From Utricularia gibba (Eukaryota > Plantae > Magnoliophyta): 64,000 bases of DNA. Position 1 is the stretch's first letter. Each line of letters begins with the position of its first letter. The DNA lies in contig CM007992.1 of NCBI GenBank assembly GCA_002189035.1, positions 3,784,082-3,848,081 of the forward strand, read 5' to 3'. A model generated the notes under the pieces. That model had not been told where the DNA came from and searched no databases. It worked only from the letters and a program-made list of their open reading frames with translations. The position numbers and the translations under genes were made by a program. This document shows, piece by piece, positions 36,573 to 48,107 of the stretch.

Positions 36573-37541
36573 TCAGCCAACGCCAGAAAAAACTTGTACA
36601 GGAACTGCAGGGTACTGCGCCCCAAGTGGAGGTTAAAGTAAGGATCTTGATTGAGTTCCTCCGTCAAGAAGCGTGCTGGAAGGTTGAGGTAGTTACACGG
36701 GAAGAGTTGTTAAAAAGCAACTAAGTGGGAAGGCGACCGTTAATTCGGAAGGCAAATCTAGCGAAGCAATGATGTTGGACAAGGACGATGGTACTCCAAC
36801 ACATCCCATTCTTTGCTTTATCGAGCGAGCAGAGAAGCGTAGTTGAGACCTCGTGGTCACACATGGAATGGAAGACTTCCATGGCCGCCCCACCTTCACC
36901 TCGCCTGCGCAGAAAGTAGAGTAGTGGACGGACATTGATGAGTGTTTGAAGTTAATTGTTAGGTTTACTGCTAATGCGATTGGAATTTAAGTAATTGGCA
37001 ACTTGGTCAAACTTTTTCCCACGCTAACCATCCACACTCCATTCAGAGAGAAATCTGGAGAGAACATGTCCAGAATCTGAACCGTCCAATCATCCAGAGA
37101 GAAATCAGCATTCAAAACTTCACATCTGGGAAATCTCTGGAGCGTGCTCCGCCTCTACTTCTGTGTATGTGACCGTTGTAACATCAAAATTCCTTTTTTT
37201 TTCACATCTCAGATAATTCTTTCAGGACCGCACAAATTGTAGAAAAATAGGTAGTCCAGGATTCCGTTGATGGGAGCTACACAGCAACCATGAGGAGTTG
37301 TGTATGAATGGATCATAGGCAAAATTCAGTAAAGCGCAATGTGGAAGAAGATACATGAAAGGGATGTCTTTTGAGGGGAAATAAAATTGTTATTACACAA
37401 AACAAACACAGCACCGAACTCGAAAAAAAAAACAAAATGGTGAGAATCAAGCAACGAGTCTCAGCCAAAAAACACAACACCAAAGGAACATAAGGAAACT
37501 CTTATTGAGCCAACAGGAAGAGTGTGCTGGTTCGTGGATGC

Positions 37542-38391
37542 TTAGGTAGATGCGGGCTTGTACGCGATGAAACTGCAGATCTGGACTTGGCGCAAGTTAT
37601 CGAATCCAATGACTCGGATATGAGCATCGGGGTGTTCCTTCTTTGCCTCCTCCAGCTCGGCCAGCACCTGGGACGGGTCTGTGCACCCGAACATGGGCAG
37701 CTTCCACATCGTCCAGTACCTCCCATCGTAGTACCCAGGAGAGCTATGGTTCTCACGGTACACAAATGCCGCCTGCCAAAAACCCAAAAGGAAGATGATG
37801 ATGATCATAGTGGGCTCACACAACGTTTCTTCTAGATGTTGCAACCGTTTTTAAGAATAACACTCCAAGAAAACATTTTTCCCCTCTGTAAACACTCACA
37901 TAGATAATAGTGTGGCTAAAACAGAAACTATTAACATTTTCCCACTTCGCAACAAATATGTAAGGCGAAGATGCGGGAGTGAAAACGAAGGCGCAAAGAT
38001 CGAACCCCGAGTGTGAATTCGAGGCAAGGAATGAGCTTCAAACGGAGAAGGTAATCAATTTGCTTCGCGAGTTGGTCTGAGGTAAGCTCAGGGAGGTAAG
38101 ACAGAGTCTCGAACTTCTTAGCCCCAACAGTCGGCCACACCTGAAAACCCAATTAAACGGATATATTTAAAATTATCACATCACACACAGAGAGAAGGCA
38201 TGGACAATTTAAAAAGTTCCGACCTTCATGCATTGCACTCTTCCTCCGTTGCTGGGGAGGGAGGCGAATTCAACGGACTTCCTGGTCACAGGGAAGGAGG
38301 TGGCGACGGATTTGAGACCGGTGAAGGGGGCCACCATGTTGGCCTGGGCGGCAGGTGTGGCAACGGCGGAGGAAAACATGGAAGAGGCCAT
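37542..38391 (-). CDS. RBCS: Rubisco small subunit precursor, 3 exons
   Basis: Exons 38391-38224 (transit peptide ...[10 protein letters not shown]), 38140-38006 (VWP...[10 protein letters not shown]) and 37772-37542 ([19 protein letters not shown]). Confidence 0.98.
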
Positions 38392-38472
38392 CGGCTAAGG
38401 CGCTGTGAATTGTGTGTTCCTCTGCTCTACTACCACTGCAGTATCTTTTTTTATTCACAAGGTGTTCATGTG

Positions 38473-38591
38473 TATATAAAGTTGGATCCTTGCCGTCATT
38501 TTGGGAATTGGATTGGCATCGTGTGGCTCATAGAGGAGAAGAGCAGAGCCTTATCGTCAAGAAACAACCACACACCAAAACACGTCTTATC
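38473..38591 (-). promoter_or_regulatory. RBCS light-responsive core promoter (TATA, CCAAT, two I-boxes, ACGT core)
   Basis: Minus strand TTTATATA at 38480-38473, CCAAT at about 38515, GATAAG at 38555-38550 and 38591-38586, and ACGTG at 38585-38581. Confidence 0.6.
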
Positions 38592-39717
38592 CGATAAAGG
38601 AGGGTCACAAAACTTGCTTGCGCTAGCCTCCAAGACGTTTATTATGCTCGCTGCTCAGTCTCATCCTCCATGCCTTTTCAGGACCATACCATCCGAATGC
38701 ATTTGAAACAATCACTTCAAAATATAAACTCCCCAAATGCTCCGAAAACAATATCCGCTGCAATTCAGTTCAGCTGTCTCACAGCGCACTGGGCCTAGTG
38801 TAATGACAAACCATTCAAGGCCCATGTGAGTCGCACGTTAGCTCCAGAAAGCGAAAATGACCTTGAGGAATTGTGCTTTTCCCATGAGCTTGGTTTATGT
38901 TATTGGACTTCAAACATCTACAATAGTTGAACAAATTACGTATTCTACGAAAGCTTCAATCAACCAGGTCCTTGTGCTAACAAGCGAACGGAGAGTCTCT
39001 TACTTGGGTGTGCCTTTTGACTTTCAGTGTGAATCATATGCGCAGTAGTTGGTCCCTGGCCCATGTTCGTGGTCGGGGCAAGCTCGGAAATCAAGTTTGT
39101 TTGGTTCATCCAACAGTTGGTCCACGCTCTAAACTCCCGAGCACAGAGGTAAAAATGAAGAACTGGAGCCCACCCAGCTCACACTCAAATTTAATTTTTC
39201 CATGCAATATGCACACAGCATGTCGATATGCATTCCCTGCCATGGATGAGCGATCATTAGAGAATAGTAAATCCATCTTGCGTTTCATTATTATGCATCA
39301 AATTGCGCTACAAGACACTCGTATAATACCCCTTTCTAACTTGAATTTGATTAGGTTTAAAAATATGAAATCAATCCAAACTTCATACATAGAGCGGATT
39401 TAGGTGGATTTTTCCGATACACATGTGAACGACAACAAGGGCCTTTTATGACAAGTATACTTATTGTTCCACCGCTTTAGAAGCCGCACCTAACCAACCC
39501 ATACGGCTGAGTGAGATGCCTTATATCATCGCCGAATTCCCAGGGAATTTGTGAACAATCCATCTACACACCGAGCGATACTTTCGCTTCATTATTTCAT
39601 TCCGGACGGGACAGACGAAACTTTGGAGTAAATGCAGCACGACTGCTTCATCATTTTTCTTTTTTACCTTTTACTCCCGTACCCAGAAAATACGGACAGA
39701 AATGGCAGTTCCATGCT

Positions 39718-41205
39718 CTACAGCTTGACAACTTCAGGGATGAAAACGGGGTATCTCTCGATGCAATCGACCCAGGGGCTATCCTCCGGGCATTTTTTTA
39801 CAGTCCTGTTGCATTTCCAAACTGCGCTGTTACACTTGGAATCCACTCCCGAACGCAATCTGCCATACTCTGTCACCTTTCTTCATCCTCCCTTTAGCTT
39901 CAATGTAAGCGATTTCGTACCAGAGTGAAGACGAAGACGTGTTTCCAAAGCGGTGAAGCGTCATGCGAGATGCCTCAACGTGTTCCGCAGAAAGCTGGAG
40001 ACTCTTCTGCAATTCGTCAATCACAGCACGACCTCCGGCGTGGATGCAAAAGTGTTCGAAAGCTAGTTTGAAATCGGGTATGTAGGGCTTCCACTTGGGA
40101 TTGAAAATCTTCCTTCCAATTAGTGTTAACAGAAACAGGAGCTGCTCTGACGCCGGGAGAACTAAAGGCCCGATGGTGGTGATGTTGGATTTCAGGGCTT
40201 CTCCGGCGATAACCATCAAATCTTTAGACAGATCTATGCCAACCTTACCCTGAGGATCTTCTTGTTCGTAAACGCATTTGTAAGCTTTGTCCTCCGAGCC
40301 TTTATGGGTTCGGACGACGTGGACGAGCTTGTATTTGGCACGGCGGCTGTGGCGGCGTTTATTGGAGAGGAGAACTGCGGCGCCGCCCATTCTGAAGAGA
40401 CAGTTGGGGAGGAGCATTGCCCTCTCCGATCCCCTGTAGTAGTTGGGGGTGATGATCTCGGTACTCACGACCAGCGCATTGGAATCGGGATGAACCTGGA
40501 GCAAATCCCTGGCCAAATCAATGGAAATCAAGCCTGCGCTGCACCCATGCCTGAAAGATTGAAGCTTTTGATATTGCTCCTGAGCTTGTACTTATTGACC
40601 ACCATTGCTGAAAAGGATGGAGTGGGTGAAAACAGACTGCAATTGACGATCAGAATATCGATATCCTTAGGCTTGATTCCAGTTTTGGTCATCAAGGCGT
40701 CGATGGAGGAAAAGATCACCTCCTCCGCTTCGCTCCTAGCGGCCTCCATAGTGGGCGTGGGAGGAATAAAATGAATAGCAGGGGGTAAACATGTTTCTTC
40801 CCCAAGACCCGATCTTTCGAGAATTCTCATCTGGAACTCGACGCTTTTGGGATTGTCCTTGAGAATCAAGCGGGAATGCTCCATAAATGTTGAGAAGGGA
40901 ACTCTGCAGGTGACCGGGGGCTTGTAGCAGGTGTAATCAACTAGGTAAATGGAGCGTGGCTTCGACATGAAGTAGATGGTGGGGATGATGATGGCTAAGA
41001 AAACAGAAGAGAGAAGCACGACAAGGTCCATGCTAAGGAAACTCCAAATCTTGGTAAGTATCTCGTCGGGGTTGTGGAAGAGCTGTGGAGCTACGGCTAC
41101 GACGATGGGTATGAGTAGCAAGGTGAGGAAGTTGTTGACGGTGTACTGGTATCCCAGCTTCACGTACTTGAGGTGCTTAGCTACTGGCCGCGTCGGCGTC
41201 GGCAT
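39718..41205 (-). CDS. KCS6: 3-ketoacyl-CoA synthase, KCS5/KCS6 (CER6/CUT1)-like, intronless; two apparent 1-nt indels (40544-40546, 39838-39839)
   Basis: [32 protein letters not shown][C][46 protein letters not shown][K]CNSAVWKC and end [12 protein letters not shown]. Confidence 0.9.
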
Positions 41206-43203
41206 CTTGTTCCGGTTGTATGCGTGTGCTGTATGAATTTGGATTTCGAAAGAGAGTTGGGGGAAGGGAGATGAATTTAAAGACGGGGGAAAGAAACAGG
41301 GAAGAAGGCGGATTGTGGTGCGCTGGTGCGGGTGCGGGTGGTGTTGACAGAGGAGCAGCATTCAATGACACAGGTGAGGAGTTTAATGAACCGGCGCCTC
41401 AACAGTCGCTTCGCTTCGCTTCCCTTCCCCTCCCCTTAGCTGGACTGGTACTGCACCGGCTAACTGGACTAGACTTTTTTTATCTTCTATTTTTCCAAAA
41501 AGAATTCACACGCAAAAAAGGAGGGGATATTTAAGTAGTGTTCATTAATATTTATTCGCATTATTTATACTTTCCGAAAAATATAAAATATAAGTAAAAA
41601 TAATTTATAAAAATAGATATCTTACTATTTTTAATTATTACTGTTCATATAACTTGATTTTAAAAAGATTTTTACTATAATTAAAAATAAAAATTGATTA
41701 TATTTCGTGAGCAAATTATTTTTATTATTTCAAAAATAGAAATAATTAGGAAAAATATTTCGAATTGTGTGAAGCTTGTGGAGACAAGTGATGAACTTAA
41801 TGGTTATAGTGTGGTCGGCGACAAGAAGATGAATCACTGGGGAGCGCCCGTAAATCAACGAGTTGTTAGTGAGCGTTCCTTCACTGTGGAACCGTTACAA
41901 TTATTTCATTCTGATATGCCGAAAATCTCATTCATTCAAAAACTATGAGGTATACTGCTGTAGACAATGTGGGGGCATCATCACTCGAGTCGAGGAGTAG
42001 TTATCGACAATTATGGCAGATATTGGGGATTCGGGAAAACATTCCAAGGTCGGTTACCTTTTACTGCGTCTGACTGGATGTGGGTGTGGTTGTGCAATAA
42101 ACTTAAGATTCTATTGCAATTTGCAGTGCAACAGATCTAGAGAGAAAGCTCCACATTTGACTGCAACTAATTCATCTAGCCTAGACTAGAATGTGCGGTG
42201 AAAAGGATGGATGGGCCGCGGAGAGTCATCCGATTCTACAAACGCGTTTTTTCTTTTATTGCGAGTTTATTTATTTCGGAAGAAGGAGATTCGATCACGT
42301 CATGTGGTGACTGGTGTGTGTACATGGGCTGGGATGGATGGGTTACAAAATCACGGTTTTACTGATTGATTTGAGTTGCGCCGAGTGTCCAGTGGTGCCC
42401 TCCGTCAATTTTGAACTTGGTCTGGGTCTTTCAAGCTAAGAATGTTGTCAAGGCGCAAGAATACAGAAAGCCATTCCTGCCTGCAGTGCATGTGCCATTG
42501 TTGACTTGGATGCGTAATTTGGGATGGGGTCTTGCTCTAACGGAAATATCAGAGCAAGATTGAAATATAGGTTAGTAAAGTTACGGGGACATGTGTTCCA
42601 GCGGATACCGTGACTGGTTAAGGCCAGCCGATGACGGAAGGTGGAATGCCAATTTGTGGGTGGATGGGAGTTGTTGGGTTGACTCTAGGAAGACCGTTTT
42701 CTCTGTCTTGGAAACTCAGGATTCCAATATGGACCCACGTCTCCTTGATATGTGTGGTGTGAACTCTACTCTACCCAATTCAAGAGCTCGGTCCCAGGCC
42801 ACGCCACGCCCGAGACAGAGGAGTCTTTGAGGAGAAACACAAACTATTATGTGTCCATTGACACGCACACGCTGCCAGTGCCTGTGGAGGAAAAGGATGG
42901 GTTTGTGTCTGAGCTTGATAAAACTCAACGTGCAACAGCCAGCCACCAGCCAGCATGTGGGTGACTGCTGCTCCGCCGTCCTTCTGCCAGAAAATATTAA
43001 CTGTGCATGGTGACACCTTACGTTCCATCTCCACATGCTTCTCTATTTCAATAAAGTCATATGGACCTATCTTCCTCAATCACCTATTCCTGTGGAATCT
43101 ATCTATATCACATGATGTTTTCGTTTGGCTAATGTTGGGGTAGGAGGTGCGCATTTTTTCTTCAACAACTTCGGTACTTCAGTATTTCGCCAGTACAAAT
43201 ATT

Positions 43204-43225
43204 CCCCCCCCCCCCCCCCCCCCCC
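43204..43225. repeat. Poly-C homopolymer (22 nt)
   Basis: Direct reading; followed by ACCACC and an A run. Confidence 0.85.
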
Positions 43226-43997
43226 ACCACCAAAAAAAAAAGCATTTACATAGACAGGAATGGAATTGGATTCTTCACCACTAACTGCATGCCTTTGGGC
43301 AAACCTTGATCTTGAATATCGATGATCATTTATTTTTTTTTATCCTTATTCTAATCATAGTTTTCTTTTGCGCTTCAAAACTCATAAGAATTGAATATTT
43401 GTCCAAACAAAGTGTTGAATCTTACGGGATACTTTACTGCCTTGGCAAGCCAATGATACTTCCTCAAGGTAAAGAAACTCAACCAAGTAGTCGCCGAGTA
43501 TTGAGGAATGAGTATGCGAATATTTTCTCAATGGTAGATGATGGAGATTTGCACCTGGGGAGGTCAATAAGAGATGGTTTGATTTCAACAAGTAGAAAAG
43601 GCCATTGATAAAGTTGCTTGTTCTATATTACACCGTCAAAGGCTTACAGCGTCAGATTGGTTTTGTTTTGTTACAGGGGAAAAAGGACCAGTCGCAGGTC
43701 AGGGGAGCCACTGGGCATACACACTACCTGCTCTGTTTTGGAGGGGGAATATTTTCCTACCTTTGAGCTAACTCAAAGTTGGCTGCATGTGAACTCGGTG
43801 AATACTATCGCCCACTGCATGGGTGTGGTCGTTTTTCCTTCTTCTTCGCACCATTACTTTTTTACATTAAAGATGAGGGGAATCATATTAGTGAGTAGCG
43901 CCGCTCAACGCATCGATATTAGGAAAATTTAGTGACAGGGTGAAGGTGTTGTGGTAACCAGAATGAGTAAGTGATGTGACTGGGAATGCAGAGTTCC

Positions 43998-45678
43998 CTA
44001 GTTCATACAATGTTCTTTCTTCACTGGAGCAGCCATTGGCGTGGTAAAGGATAGTGTAGTAGTCTTGGAATTTGGTTTGACCTTGTTTGCCCTCCTCCAA
44101 AGGATGCTGAGTGATAAACAGCCCCACTTGCCGCTGCACTTGCTCCTCGGCAGCTTTGCTCCCTTTTGTCTAGTTTCTTTCAATTCCACCTGCAGCACCC
44201 CTTTTTCCTACATCATGATGTTTTCAAGATACAGAAAATAAGTTTTGAATTGTCATTGGTGTGAACCATCGTCCTTAAGCTGGTTGGAAGGGTGTGTGGA
44301 TGATCCTGGGGAAACTGAGGGAAATGAAACATAAACAAAAGTTTACAGGGGACCGTTTCCAAAATGCAGAAAAATATAAATTGAGAAACAGCTACTTCTC
44401 AACATCTTTCATTTCTTAATGTATTTATGACTAGTTTTTGGACCTCTGCAGAATTTGATAATGAGTTGCCTTCGTTAAACCCCCTCTATCAACCAAGATG
44501 AAGACAGCGGCCAGAGAATACACATGGAGCACATGCAACTCAGACCTACGCACCACCTCAAATTCGTTGGCTTAATAAAGCTGTTGGAGCATGGGAAAGA
44601 TACTTTTGAACTACATTAATCCGTTCCTCGATGATTTATTAATGGGTTTTTCGATCACCTATTTAGTAAGAGGGGTGGGGTGGGGTGGGGGCTGTGTTTT
44701 TTTTTTTCTACCTGTGTCCTTGAGCCCAGGTCTTCACTGCGAGGGGATTCCTTCACATATTCATCTACCCTGGCTGGTTTTTCGTCAAATGGAGGACGAC
44801 TCACAGACTCGTTGGGAAATGGTTTTACCGGTGTGCTTTGAGTTCCCACGTCCCTAGCTTCACCCCTTTTCTTCACTGCACATTATCATCGTATATGAAA
44901 ATAGTTCCCAGTGAGGAGTTGCAAATGAAGTAAAGAAAGGTGACATTTTCGAAACCATGGGTCATGAGTTGGACTTGAGTTTCACGCTTGTTGATGGGGG
45001 AGTTGGCGAGAAGCTTTCCTTGCAACTGCGAAGGATAAACTAAGGGAGCTGACATCATGATTCTGCTGCTATGGAACGATCTTGCACTCAGCGTTTTGGC
45101 CGATAAACATTCAACAGGAAATTTTCCAGACAAGGGATTGCAAATGTACTTCTCAGCTTCTTCCCACTTGGAATTGAGAGAGACTCCATCTAAACATTCC
45201 CATGTTTGCATCATCGTTTTAGCTTGTAAGGCTGGAATTGGCCACGAAAACAAGTTCTTTTACCTTCTCTAGACAGAAAAATACCAGGATTGCTTGTGAA
45301 ATATGAAAACTGCAATCTCTAACCTTTCAAAGCGGTGGTGAATGAATACGTTGAAGGGTCGATCTCTTCTGCACAAGAAATGGCAACTTGAGAAATCTAT
45401 CGACTGTGCTTTGTGAAGCATGAGTTGATAGATTGCACGTCCCTGTTAGAATAAAAGAACAGCAGCAGACCTTTATCTGTAAGAGTGTAGCCAGGAGAAG
45501 AAGCAGTGCTGGAAATAGTGATGTTGGATCTAAAAGACAATGAAGTGGATTCTTCTTTGAAACTCCTCAATTTGAAGGCTGAAAACCTCCTAGAGATGGT
45601 GTTTTCATGGCTAATTCGGGCCCTGAAACTCCAATCTTTCAGTGCCAATTCCTCGCGATGTCTTAAGGAGTTGGCCAT
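43998..45678 (-). CDS. Uncharacterised plant protein (At5g16030/At3g02500-like), 5 exons
   Basis: SFRSNITISSTASSPGY, EIDPSTYSFTTALK|ALQAK, LNSKWEEAEKYICNPLSGKFPVECLSAKTLS, RDVGTQST and GCLS, joined through GT-AG junctions. Confidence 0.82.
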
Positions 45679-46403
45679 GGGGAAAGGGTTTTTTCCTCTT
45701 CTACTTGTTAATGAAATGGAAGAGGCAGAATTGAAACATGTGGCGATTGCAGTGCAGTATGATGATGATCAAGTTTGATATTTTGCGTACGAGACTAGCA
45801 TTATGTTTGCTGAGCAATGGTCCCGGTTGGCGTTATGTGCATGTGAATATCGTTCTCAACTCAGCAGGGAAGTAGGCATAGTATTTTGTATTTAAATGAC
45901 AAGGGTGAATCATTTCATTTGCTGGTCGTACAAGTGGCCTACACGAGAGTTACCCATCATGCTCCGTCGTAAAACAGTGTCCAGAGTCTAGTTGTCTCGA
46001 CTCCATTGTGCTCACAACGCATCTGTTTGCTTGTTGGAAATCTTTGGATTTTAGTTGTCCCTGCTAAGCGATGTAATCAGCTATACCAGGCTGAAGGAGA
46101 CGTTCTCCATGTATCAAATCCGTGGAGATGAGCGTTGCGTTTTAACGCCATGCCGGTGGTTTTTCCCCAGTTCCTCAGAGGACACGGTCACCTTCAGTAT
46201 ATCATCCACAACCCGATACACCGCGCATATTGTCTCAATTTGACTAATCTACCGTCTTTTGCGCTCCCGAAGATGGTCCTGATCACGACGGAGACTTTCA
46301 ACACCGCTGCTGCTTTGTGGAGATGGATAAACTCCAAATGGCCCAATCCCACATCGCCCATCCATTCAGAGCGTATATCCACAGTTAACAGTTTGTCCTG
46401 GAA

Positions 46404-47284
46404 TCAAACCTGCCGCACCGATAGTGGCGGAGGCGACATGCTCGGGGGAGTACGCTGTCCCCTGCAAGAATAGCCACATCCAAAAGGGCTTCCCCTGCGA
46501 AGATCGTTTCACTAATAATTTCTACCGAGAGTAGAAGCAAAATAGAGATAATAGTGAATTGGTTGATTCTCGTTTTGAAGACAATTACATCCAACAGGGG
46601 GATGGTTTAATATGAAACGGCGACCAAGAAGGCGTGCAATTTTTATTTAATTTCATTCACGGAATGAATCGAGATTTGATGATGATGATGATGCAGTGGC
46701 GTCCAAATCAAATCAAATCAAATAAATTCTTGTGATCTGATGAAAATCTGCTTGTGGGGTGGTGTGATGAATGCTGAGAATGACCTGGATCTCAACCGGC
46801 ACAGCCTTCTCTGATCCGGCGACCTCCTCTGCACGACCTCGACATCCCACAAGAGCTTTTCTCGAGATTTGGGGCGGTGGTAAATGTCATGGGTGATAGA
46901 GTTTCGCCACGGCGGAAGCCCACCGTTGGGGCGCAGGTAGTTTCCCCAAAATGATCTTAGCTTCACCTGCATTCCGTCCCTCAACGGGGTCCACTGGGTC
47001 GCAGGATCAGAGTAATACGGCGTCGTCGTCTGGTGGACCTTTTTGGCGGTGACCCCCGGCAGAAACGGAGAAGATGAGGCTGTTAAATAGGTTCCATGGC
47101 GACTCCTGAGACGAACGACGTCATCGCTGCCATCCACCAGTTCCACCTGCCAAATGGAACGTTCCCTTGATCCCTCCTCGTCTTGTTCTTGGGTTGTTAC
47201 CTCCTCAAGATCATTTCCAGCCACGAGGTACTTGTCCCGGTAGCTTATCAGCCGCACCGATTCCGCGTTACGGAATACATCCAT
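46404..47284 (-). CDS. DUF569 (actin cross-linking/beta-trefoil-like) protein
   Basis: MDVFRNAESVRLISYRDKYLVA, WQVE...VRLRSRHGTYLTAS...FLPGVTAKKVHQ, QWTPLRDGMQVKLRSFWGNYLRPNGGLPPWRNSITHD. The second exon (from about 46460) and the stop are inferred. Confidence 0.82.
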
Positions 47285-48107
47285 CTCCACAAACACAAAT
47301 GGGAGGAAAGGCAACAAACAAACAAACTTATAATCTCGTTTGTTTCTCAACAAACAATTGTGAGCTAATTATAATCTTGAAAAGCATTTTTTTGATTCCG
47401 TATGCCACTAAATATACACAATGTCACCTCGCATATTTCACAGACGGCGAAACCCAATTTAAGGGGCTGTGTTATGTTGCTTACCCATTGTCCCTGTGCC
47501 TTGCTTTTTCTTGCCCGTGAATGTGAAATTGGGAGCATTGAATTGGGTCAGAATCTATGGACTATCCCTCTCTCTCTCGCTTAACTATAGCTTTATTGCC
47601 TGGGAAGAGGATTTGGTGGCCGGTTCCTTGTGCGACTTGTGTATGCATGCCTATAAATTCTTGATTTCCAGGGATACGCATGGTTTGATTCGTTGATGAA
47701 GGGTTATGCGGGGAGTGACACTGATTTTTAATTCGCAGTTTAGGGAGAAAAGAGTTAAAATTTAGCATTTTTCCGAGAGTAGGTTTGGGCTCTGTCCCAC
47801 TGGAGGCGGAGAAACGTGTCCAGAATTGCAGACCCGATCTATGCATCAATTTGTTCTCGAATCTTGCCACTGCCGTTACCGTTTTTGGGGATTCGAGTTG
47901 TGATCGTGTCTAGGCGAATCCATTACTTCTACAAGCAACGGAAATCACAGGGAAATATCGTGGTTTGGAAGAACTATCTTGAGGATTGGAGGGCTGCCGT
48001 AGGCGTGTTATGATGAACGGTGGTTCAGTGGGGAGAACCTGGGGGGTTAGTAGGACATGGGGTTCAGCGTCCCAGGCTGACATTTGGCTTTAGGAGTTTG
48101 TAATCAG

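Noticed and set aside
36693-36935. 80-aa ORF just upstream of ABA4 on the same strand
   Set aside because: No recognisable homology or splice link to ABA4. It could be a uORF, but there is no evidence the transcript includes it.
41520-41770. Very AT-rich block upstream of KCS6-like (possible MITE)
   Set aside because: No terminal inverted repeats or TSD found; consistent with ordinary promoter DNA.
42000-43900. Gene-free interval scanned for conserved miRNA hairpins
   Set aside because: No match by eye to conserved mature miRNAs and no clear long hairpin. A folding and small-RNA search would be needed to exclude novel ones.
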